Shown here: piece after piece, positions 18,701 to 26,396 of the stretch | How the letters are laid out: every line of letters starts with the position of its first letter | Position numbering within the stretch: the stretch's first letter is position 1 | NCBI GenBank assembly: GCA_036835325.1 | Contig: DAITMF010000012.1 | Span: forward strand, 5,479-69,478 | DNA from: Flavobacteriales bacterium | GTDB lineage: Bacteria > Bacteroidota > Bacteroidia > Flavobacteriales_D > Sanyastnellaceae | Direction of reading: 5' to 3' | Length of the DNA stretch: 64,000 nucleotides | Translations under genes and position numbers: made by a program | The notes under the pieces: generated by a model | What the model was told of the DNA's origin: nothing | The model's input: the letters and a program-made list of their open reading frames with translations, nothing else | Database searches by the model: none

Positions 18701-21603
18701 CACAAGCCGAGTGTTTCTTCGCAGGAGCCAATCAGGCCGACATTTCGAACCTCTTTGATTGTGAGTACACTGTTATTGTTACTGACGACACAGGCTGTTC
18801 AGTTCAGGCTACTGTGAACTTGGAAGCACCACAGGTGATGGACATCTTTGTGTCGACCACCAATTTCGACGGAGGCTACAACGTGAGCTGCTTTGGATCG
18901 AACGATGGGCAGATTTCGGTTACCGTTTCAGGCGGCACCCCTGATTGCACCACCTTCGCACCGGAATGCTACAACTATGATTGGTCGAGCTGTGACCCAG
19001 TGAACGTTCCGGGCTCAAGTTTCCAAGGCAATCTTGTTGCCGGAACTTACTGCGTATTGGTTACCGACGCAAACGGATGCGTTGCAACAACACAGATTCC
19101 AATCACCCAACCCGACCCAATTGAAAGTTCAGGAAGCATTTCTGATTACAACGGATTCGGTATTAGCTGCCCAGGCGAATGCGACGGTTTCATTACACCG
19201 AACATAACCGGAGGCAGTGACAATTACATTTTCTACTCATGGATTGAGGGTGAGATTGGCACCAATTCTCCGAACGCGACTACGTTGACTGATTTGTGCG
19301 CAGGCACCTACACCCTCCAAGTGATTGACACCAACGGTTGTGAAGAGTTTATCACTTTCGAATTGACAGAGCCTACTCCTATCGAAATCACTGTAGATAA
19401 CATTACCCCCGTTACCTGCTACCAAGGCAATGACGGTGCGATTGTTGTGTCAGCTACAGGCGGTACCGGAGATTACACGTTCGTATGGAACGGCGGAGTG
19501 CTGTTTGGTAACATCCTTGCAAACCTTACAGCAGGAACCTATGAACTGGTTGTAACCGATACCAACGGCTGTTCAGAGACCGTTTCAGTGGAAGTAACCG
19601 AACCCGAACCGTTCATCGTAACGGCTTCGGCTTTCCTTACACCCGGAGGAGTATTTAACATCGATTGCGCCGGAGAGTCAACAGGCAGCATCAATGCGGT
19701 GATTGAAGGTGGTAACCCTGACTACCTAATCGAATGGAGTGGCCCCGGCATTGTAAATCCATCCATCCTTAACCAAAATAACCTCTCAGCAGGAACGTAC
19801 ACAATTGTGGTTACCGACGCTGAAGGCTGCGAAACGCAAGCAACGGTTGAGATCACAGAACCGGAAGAGCCCCTTGTGGTTACAGCCGTTGTTTCCCTGT
19901 ATCCAAGCGGTTCTGAAGTGAGCTGTTTTGGTGCATGCGACGGTTCAATCGACCTAACGGTCACCGGCGGTACCCAGCCTTACACTTTCCTTTGGGAGCT
20001 TCAAGATGTAAGCGGCAACTTTGCATTCACTGAAGATGTGCAAGATCTCTGCGCTGGTATGTACGAAGTGCTCGTTGCCGACGCAAACGGCTGTGAAGAA
20101 TTGCTCATGTTTGAAATCACCCAGCCTGAACAGCTTCAGTTGAATGCGGTTTTGAGCAACTTCAATGGATCGAACACAAGCTGTGCTGAAAGTTGCGATG
20201 GCACGTTGGAGATTGCCCCCTCAGGAGGTTTACCTGACTACACCATTGAATGGCTTTTGAACTCAGAACCCATCACGGTGAGCAATGATTTGCTTGAAAA
20301 TCTTTGTGCAGGCGATGTTGTTGAGATCACCCTGACCGACGTAGTTGACTGCTCAATTAATCAAACTTTTGTTATCTCCGGTCCTGTGCCTATCACCCTT
20401 GATGCGGTGGTGACGCAAATCAGCTGCAATGGTGAAGCAGATGGAGCGATTGACATTACCGTTACAGGTGGTACCGGCGTTGTTACCATCGTTTGGGACC
20501 CTGTAAGCGGTGGCGATGACCTCACCAACCTCGAGGCAGGAACTTACTGTGTAACTGCCACCGACGAAAACGGATGTGAAGTTGAAGCGTGCTATGAGAT
20601 CATTGAGCCTCAAGTGTTGACCGCTGTGCTTTCAACCACCAACGCCAACTGCGGCGCATGCGATGGTACTCTTCAGCTCACCATCACGGGAGGTACTGCG
20701 CCATTCAGCATTGAGTACACCGGACCAACGGCTGTTGCCGATGACGCTACGAGCGCCGATGAACTTTGTACGGGCAGCTATTCTGCAGTTGTTACAGATG
20801 CCAACGGCTGTGAAGTCGTTGTTTCAGCCGACGTTGATGGTCCGCTTCCGATTCTTGTTTCAGGCACGACCGAGCAACCCTTGTGTTACAGCGACTGCGA
20901 CGGTTTGATCCAAGCCACCGTAACGAACGCTATTGAGCCTGCAACCTTTATTTGGACGGATGAGTCTGGCGCCGAAGTGGGCACGGGTGCTGAGTTGGCA
21001 AACATTTGCGACGGCTTGTTTACCTTGAATGTGGTTGACGCCAATGGCTGTACTCAGCAAGCTCAGTTCGTTATTATGCAGCCTGACAGCATCACGATTA
21101 ACGGCTTCTCGCCTCTTCTGCCAAATGGGTACGGTGTGAGCGCCTTTGGCGCGAGCGATGGCAGCATTGAAACCGATGTTACCGGTGGAAGCCCTGATTA
21201 TACGCTTGATTGGTCAGGTCCGACAGGGATTGGTGTTGACACTGAAAACCCTAGCGGTTTGGCAGCAGGCAACTACAACTTGATGGTCACCGATGCGAAC
21301 GGCTGTGTGAAAGACACCATCATTGTGGTGATTGGTCCGGATGACCTCACACTGCCAACCGGTTTCACGCCGAACGGTGATGGCCTAAATGACAACTTCG
21401 TAATCCTCGGAGTTGATTTGCACCCGGTGAACACCTTCAAAGTGTTCAACCGCTGGGGAAGCCTTGTTTACGAGAAAAACAATTATCAGAACGAATGGGA
21501 TGGCCGTAACAATGACGGAGAGGAGTTGCCCGATGCAACTTACTTCGTGTTGTTCGAAGCTTCAGGTCGTCAGTTTGCCACCTATGTTGACCTCCGTCGT
21601 TAA
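15712..21603 (+). CDS. giant T9SS type B cargo/adhesin: choice-of-anchor-L-like domain + Calx-beta-like module + 17 SprB-type repeats + gliding-motility C-terminal domain
   Basis: Start ATG 15712 ([25 protein letters not shown]). [26 protein letters not shown] is the choice-of-anchor-L signature. FGVDYT...[30 protein letters not shown] is Calx-beta-like. The C-terminus [14 protein letters not shown]...[23 protein letters not shown]...YFVLF is a type B sorting domain. Confidence 0.9.
   Translation: [1963 protein letters not shown]
17120..21345 (+). repeat. array of 17 tandem protein-level SprB-type repeats (~83 aa / ~250 nt each) inside the adhesin gene
   Basis: Each unit has C-x-G-x-x-DG-x-I...GG-x-x-P/Y-x-Y/F-x-W...L-x-AGTY-x-V-x-VTDANGC. 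The VTDANGC codons differ synonymously between units (for example near 17781, 19063, 19555, 20790 and 21288). Confidence 0.85.
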
Positions 21604-21615
21604 TCGCAAAGCCTT

Positions 21616-22545
21616 ATGAAACGAATCATCACCCTTTTCATCGCCTTCCTTGGTTTGGTTCAGATGAGCCAAGCCCAGCAGGAATTGATGGTTAGCCAGT
21701 ACATGTTCAATGGACTTCTTTTGAACCCGGCCTATGCCGGCACAAGAGACTATTGGTCAGCCACTGCGCTTCACCGCAGCCAATGGATGAAGTTCGAAGG
21801 AGCGCCGACTACGCAAGTTGTGGGCATCGACGGATCCATTGCAAAAGATCGCTTAGGTGTAGGTCTTGTGGTTAACAACGACCGTATTGGTATCACGTCG
21901 GCTCTTGATGTATCGGCCAACATTGCTTACCACTTGCAACTTACCGCGAAGAGTACGCTTTCGTTCGGTCTTCGTGCAGGCGCAGCTTCTTACAGCGCGC
22001 GTTTGAGTGAATTGGTAGCATGGGATCCGGGCGACAATGTGTATGCCACCGGAGATATCCAAGGGCAGTTTGTACCGAAGTTTGGTTTTGGTATGTACTG
22101 GCACAATGACCGCTATTATGCAGGTTTGTCGGTTCCTTTGGTTTACTCCATTGACGATGCCATCATCATTGACAATTCGGTTACCAGCAACTACTTTACG
22201 CAGCACTACTATTTCAACGCCGGAGGTGTGTTCGATGCAGGAGCGAACTTGGCGATTAAGCCATCGTTCTTGGTGAAGTACCACCCATCGGCTCCTGTGC
22301 AGGTTGACCTCAACTGTAACTTTCTTATTTACCGCCGCCTTTGGCTTGGAGCAGGTCTCCGCACAGGTGATGCGTTGATTGGTATGATTGAGTACAACAT
22401 TACACCTCAACTGCGCATGGGCTACGCCTATGATTACACCCTGAGTGACATCAACACCTATTCAAGCGGTTCACATGAAGTGATGCTCGGTTTTGATTTC
22501 GGCTCAGACATCCTAGTCAAAAAACGTTCACCGCGATACTTCTAA
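21616..22545 (+). CDS. PorP/SprF-family type IX secretion system membrane protein
   Basis: MKRIITLFIAFLGLVQMSQAQQELMVSQYMFNGLLLNPAYAG is the family's signature N-terminus. The protein is 309 aa and ends in Phe. Confidence 0.9.
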   Translation: MKRIITLFIAFLGLVQMSQAQQELMVSQYMFNGLLLNPAYAGTRDYWSATALHRSQWMKFEGAPTTQVVGIDGSIAKDRLGVGLVVNNDRIGITSALDVSANIAYHLQLTAKSTLSFGLRAGAASYSARLSELVAWDPGDNVYATGDIQGQFVPKFGFGMYWHNDRYYAGLSVPLVYSIDDAIIIDNSVTSNYFTQHYYFNAGGVFDAGANLAIKPSFLVKYHPSAPVQVDLNCNFLIYRRLWLGAGLRTGDALIGMIEYNITPQLRMGYAYDYTLSDINTYSSGSHEVMLGFDFGSDILVKKRSPRYF

Positions 22546-22548
22546 ACC

Positions 22549-24534
22549 ATGATTAAGACATCCATCCGTCTCACTCTTATAGCCATGACCTTGGTGTTTC
22601 TAGGGTCATGTGCCCGCGTGAACCTCAAAGACGGCATGCAGGCTTACGATGAACTTCGTTACCAAGATGCCATTCAGCATTTGGGCAAAGGCTTGGAAAA
22701 GCTTGACGATGAGTCTGCTCGCCGCGCATACGCTGCATCGTTGTACCAAACCCATCGATTTGCTGAGGCACGCGTTCAATATGAAATTCTTGCAGCTAAA
22801 CCGGGCTTCAGTGATGCAGATCGCATTAACTACGGGCGCACACTTATGGCGTTGAAGCAGTACGAAGATGCCGAAGCCGTGTTCAATGGGATTTTATCCC
22901 GCGACCCAAACAACAAAGTTGCGCAGAGTTTGAGCACTTCAAGTAAACGCGCTCCGGCAATGCGCCGAGACTCAAGTTTGTACGACGTAAGTCAAGTGTT
23001 TACTGAAGGGCTAACCACTGCGTATGCTCCATTTGTAAAAGATGGGAAAGTCTATTTCTCCGGCTCCAAAACCGTTGTTGGCGAAAAAGACGCATATACC
23101 GGTTTGGGCTTCACTGACCTGTACGTTGCCCCTTTGAATGGGCCAAACATGAGCAAGCCTGAAAAAGTAGCCGGTGTGAACGGTTCGTACCACGACGGTA
23201 TCGCAACCCTTTCACCTGACGGGTCGACCATGGTTTTGACCCGCAGCAACTACAGCACCGGAAAAAAACTTGAGGTGAATGACCAGTCGGTCAATACCAT
23301 GCAGCTCTACACTTCAACGATGAGCGAAGATGGGAAGTGGAGCACACCTGTGCTTTTGCCGTTCTGCAAATCATCGAACATGTATGCCCACCCGAGCTTT
23401 TCACCGGACGGTAAAATGCTCTACTTCTCATCTGACATTTCGGATGGTTTTGGAGGGATGGATTTGTACAGCGTAAGCTTTGAAAACGGCTCGTGGGGTA
23501 CGCCTAGCAACCTCGGCGCCAGCATTAATACTGCGGGGAATGAAGTGTTCCCTAGCTTCCGCTCGGCTGATTCACTTTATTTCAGTTCGAATGCACACCA
23601 AACCCTTGGAGGATTGGACATTCTTTACAGCGTTAAGCGAGGCAACAGCTGGGGTGAGCCTGTTCAACTCCCTTACCCTGTTAATACCAGTTTTGACGAT
23701 TTCGGCATGGCCTTCACCAATGACGGAACTACCGGCTTCTTCTCTTCGGACCGTTCAGGACGTGACAACATTTACGCCTTTATCGCCAACGACAACGCCT
23801 ACAGTTTAAGCGGCCTTGTCACCCGGAAATACGATGGTACACCCATCGAGGGTGCTAAAATCACCATTCAAAACCTTACCGACGGCACCGAAGAGGTGTT
23901 CATGAGCGATGAGCTCGGTATGTTTGAGAATGCGCTCACCGGAGGGAAGGATTACAAAATCAAGGTGGAGAAAGACGGGTTCTTTGCTGTTTCGGAGAAC
24001 GTTTCTACGAAGAACAGTTCAGGCGATCGCGAAGTGAAATTGAACCTTGAATTGCTTGACTTGAGCAATCCCGATGACACAGCCAACACCGGCGGTGACA
24101 ATGGCTCAGGCAATGGAGACAACACCGGTTCAGGAAACCAAACAGGTGATGGTAAGCTACCCAAAGGGATCAATGCAAACTCACCTTACCAGATTCCAAA
24201 CATCCTTTGGGATTATAACAAAGCCGACATTCGCGAAGACGCGCGGCCGTACCTCGACTACATTGCGAAATTGTTGCGTGATAACCCCGGTTTGAAAGTG
24301 GAGGTAAGCTCACACGCTGACGCCCGTGGCAGCGATTTCTACAACGATGAACTGTCAAACCGCCGTGCCCAAGCCGTATCGCAGTACCTGGTAAGCAAAG
24401 GGGTTAAGCGTTCGATGTTGATTAGTCGCGGCTACGGCAAGCGAAAGCTACTGAACCAATGCAGCGATGGCGTCGAGTGCACCGAAGCTCAGCACCAAGT
24501 CAACCGCCGAACTGAGTTCAAAGTCATCAATTGA
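22549..24534 (+). CDS. OmpA-family lipoprotein with TPR, PD40 (TolB-like) repeats and a carboxypeptidase-regulatory-like domain
   Basis: Lipobox FLGSC. PD40-like repeats SPDGKMLYFSSD, SFRSADSLYFSSN and TNDGTTGFFSSDR. The C-terminal OmpA_C domain carries NDELSNRRAQAV...NRRTEFKVI. Confidence 0.85.
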   Translation: MIKTSIRLTLIAMTLVFLGSCARVNLKDGMQAYDELRYQDAIQHLGKGLEKLDDESARRAYAASLYQTHRFAEARVQYEILAAKPGFSDADRINYGRTLMALKQYEDAEAVFNGILSRDPNNKVAQSLSTSSKRAPAMRRDSSLYDVSQVFTEGLTTAYAPFVKDGKVYFSGSKTVVGEKDAYTGLGFTDLYVAPLNGPNMSKPEKVAGVNGSYHDGIATLSPDGSTMVLTRSNYSTGKKLEVNDQSVNTMQLYTSTMSEDGKWSTPVLLPFCKSSNMYAHPSFSPDGKMLYFSSDISDGFGGMDLYSVSFENGSWGTPSNLGASINTAGNEVFPSFRSADSLYFSSNAHQTLGGLDILYSVKRGNSWGEPVQLPYPVNTSFDDFGMAFTNDGTTGFFSSDRSGRDNIYAFIANDNAYSLSGLVTRKYDGTPIEGAKITIQNLTDGTEEVFMSDELGMFENALTGGKDYKIKVEKDGFFAVSENVSTKNSSGDREVKLNLELLDLSNPDDTANTGGDNGSGNGDNTGSGNQTGDGKLPKGINANSPYQIPNILWDYNKADIREDARPYLDYIAKLLRDNPGLKVEVSSHADARGSDFYNDELSNRRAQAVSQYLVSKGVKRSMLISRGYGKRKLLNQCSDGVECTEAQHQVNRRTEFKVIN

Positions 24535-24554
24535 TTTGCGCTCCTAATGCGCAT

Positions 24555-24584
24555 AAAAAAAGGCCGCAAATTGCGGCCTTTTTT
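24555..24584. terminator. bidirectional rho-independent terminator between convergent genes
   Basis: aaaaaaa-ggccgc-aaatt-gcggcc-tttttt. A perfect GC stem is flanked by an A-run and a T-run. Confidence 0.8.
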
Positions 24585-24603
24585 ATTGATTGAACTTGCA
24601 GGT

Positions 24604-26130
24604 TCACACGGCACGACGTTGCCCAACGGCGACATCGTTTGTTGACAGATGGCCTTCGGCCCATCCGACGAAGTCGAAAAACTTCAGAACGATACGGTCT
24701 TCGGGTTCAAGAGCACGCTGACGAACATCAACCAAGAAGGTTTCGAAATGCTTGCGGCGGTCAGAATCGCTTGTAGTCCGGATGAGCTTACGAACGTATT
24801 CGATGACCATTTTCTCCAAGCCGTAATCGCGTTGACGCTTTGAAAGGTAGCGTTGAGTCGACTTGGTGATGTACTCAAGCAAGTCGTAATTGCCTAGCTC
24901 GTAGTGCACGACCAAGTTGAAAAGGCGTGCGTAGCTGTAAACGTCTTGGCGCAATGTATTCTCGTTATCGTTGAGTACTTTATTGAGCCACTGGAGTGAC
25001 TTGTTGTAGTTACCGGTTGAAAAATAGAAGCTGGCGATTTGGTAGGAGAAGGTAAGCACCTGCTCTTTGTGCAGTTTACCTTCGCTGTCGGCCATACCTT
25101 CTGTGATTTCATCAACAACTGCGTAGCCGCGCTCGTAGTCTTTGGTGAGTTGCGCAATTTGAAGTTCAGCAACCGTTGCGTTCTTGAAAATGCTCAAGAG
25201 TATGTCAGTGCTTGCAAACTCACGCTCTTCAGCAAGCTTGCGCATTTCAGCTGTGCGCACCAACGCTTCTTGGTACTGCTTGCTATCAATCAGGCAGAAG
25301 ATGATGTAATTCAGTGTTTTAACATAGCGTTTTGCCAGATCTTGACGCAGATGCGGGTTTTCGTCTACGATTTCTTTCACCCGCATGAACTTGGCTTGGG
25401 CGACATCGTAATTGCCCTCGGCAATGTTGCAAAATCCTTGGGTGTAGTAACAGATTGTGGCTGCACGCTTCGACAATGCCGTATTTTTCCCCTTGATGAG
25501 TGGGTGATTCTTGATTTCGTCGACGATGTTTTTCTCTTCTTCGTTACGGACGAAACCTCCGCTGCGGAACACGTAATTGATCTTTGAGTAGAGAACGTGG
25601 TACGCCGCAAGGTTGCGGAGTTTCTCGATGACTTCTTGCTCTTCGCGGATCAACAGATCGAGGTCTTTGGTAAATTGGCCGTCTTCAAGCGCTTCTTCGA
25701 GGAGCATCTTCTCCCAGCTAATGAGTTCGAAGAGGTAGTAAAACTTCTCGTGGTCAATCGCGAGTTTCTTCGCTCGCATCAAAAACTTGTTGCATTCTTT
25801 AAAGAGTGCCTTGTTGTAGAGAATTTCGATGTTCTTGATTTCCTGCTTCAACACCGAACTTACGCTGTTGTCGGCGTGGTAGGCCCGAAGGCTTTTGAGG
25901 ATTAGCTTGTACAGGTGATTTTTTTCAGAAGGAAAATGCTTGATGAAAATCTCCTTGCGAAATTGCTGTTTGATTGCGCCCTCGTCGTAGTCTACTTGAC
26001 GATCAATCGCATCAAAAATCTTCAGGTAGTTCTTATCACCCGTTTGCAACGACGATGAAAGTTTGAAAAAGCGCTTCTCACTTTTGGTGAGCGACTTAAT
26101 CAGGTCGAACAGTTCTGTTGACGGCTTCAT
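24604..26130 (-). CDS. hypothetical cytoplasmic all-helical (TPR-like) protein, 508 aa
   Basis: Start ATG 26130 (MKPSTELFDLIKSLTKSEKRFFKL). There is no signal peptide. The sequence shows repeated helical-pair patterns rich in Y/L/K/E. I recognise no family or catalytic motif. Confidence 0.6.
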   Translation of the reverse strand: MKPSTELFDLIKSLTKSEKRFFKLSSSLQTGDKNYLKIFDAIDRQVDYDEGAIKQQFRKEIFIKHFPSEKNHLYKLILKSLRAYHADNSVSSVLKQEIKNIEILYNKALFKECNKFLMRAKKLAIDHEKFYYLFELISWEKMLLEEALEDGQFTKDLDLLIREEQEVIEKLRNLAAYHVLYSKINYVFRSGGFVRNEEEKNIVDEIKNHPLIKGKNTALSKRAATICYYTQGFCNIAEGNYDVAQAKFMRVKEIVDENPHLRQDLAKRYVKTLNYIIFCLIDSKQYQEALVRTAEMRKLAEEREFASTDILLSIFKNATVAELQIAQLTKDYERGYAVVDEITEGMADSEGKLHKEQVLTFSYQIASFYFSTGNYNKSLQWLNKVLNDNENTLRQDVYSYARLFNLVVHYELGNYDLLEYITKSTQRYLSKRQRDYGLEKMVIEYVRKLIRTTSDSDRRKHFETFLVDVRQRALEPEDRIVLKFFDFVGWAEGHLSTNDVAVGQRRAV

Positions 26131-26231
26131 AGGCTTTGGTTTCCTCGTTGGACAGTGCGAACATTTAGCACTCCAATAATACAGATACAAGCATCCTAGC
26201 ACCTACCCTACCGTGCCGAAAAAAAACAGTT

Positions 26232-26272
26232 ATAAAAAAGAGGCCGACGCTTATTAAATAATTGTCGGCCCC
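26232..26272 (-). terminator. terminator-like hairpin with a U-run inside the leader of the 24604-26130 gene
   Basis: Stem ggccgac / gtcggcc (26242-26248 / 26264-26270). On the minus strand it is followed by tcttttttat. Confidence 0.45.
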
Positions 26273-26289
26273 TATTCCACTCTGCCCTA

Positions 26290-26338
26290 TGTTCGCAGTG
26301 TATCATCCGTTTCCTTGTTTCTCGGATGAATGCGAACA
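26290..26338. other. long imperfect hairpin (15 bp in two helices) in an intergenic region
   Basis: Outer helix tgttcgca / tgcgaaca (26290-97 / 26331-38) and inner helix tcatccg / cggatga (26303-09 / 26323-29) with a 13-nt loop. A third copy of tgcgaaca lies at 26156-26163. Confidence 0.4.
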
Positions 26339-26358
26339 GGTTTATTTCTCGTGTAAAA

Positions 26359-26394
26359 ACCGCAGGCGTCAACGGAGGCCTGCGGTCTTTTTTT
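26359..26394. terminator. rho-independent terminator (bidirectional) after the 26397-28547 gene
   Basis: Stem accgcagg / cctgcggt (26359-66 / 26379-86). There is a 7-T run on the plus strand and a 5-T run on the minus strand. Confidence 0.7.
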
Positions 26395-26396
26395 GG

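Noticed and set aside
26131-26202. Upstream extension (MLGCLYLYYW...) of the 508-aa protein
   Set aside because: It is Cys/Tyr-rich and implausible, and it covers the leader repeat. ATG 26130 gives a typical N-terminus.
26290-26338. The idea that the intergenic hairpin is SRP (4.5S) RNA or a tRNA-like element
   Set aside because: The conserved SRP domain IV sequence (GGAAGGAAGCAG-like) is absent, and there is no acceptor or T-arm pattern. I kept it only as an unclassified structured element.
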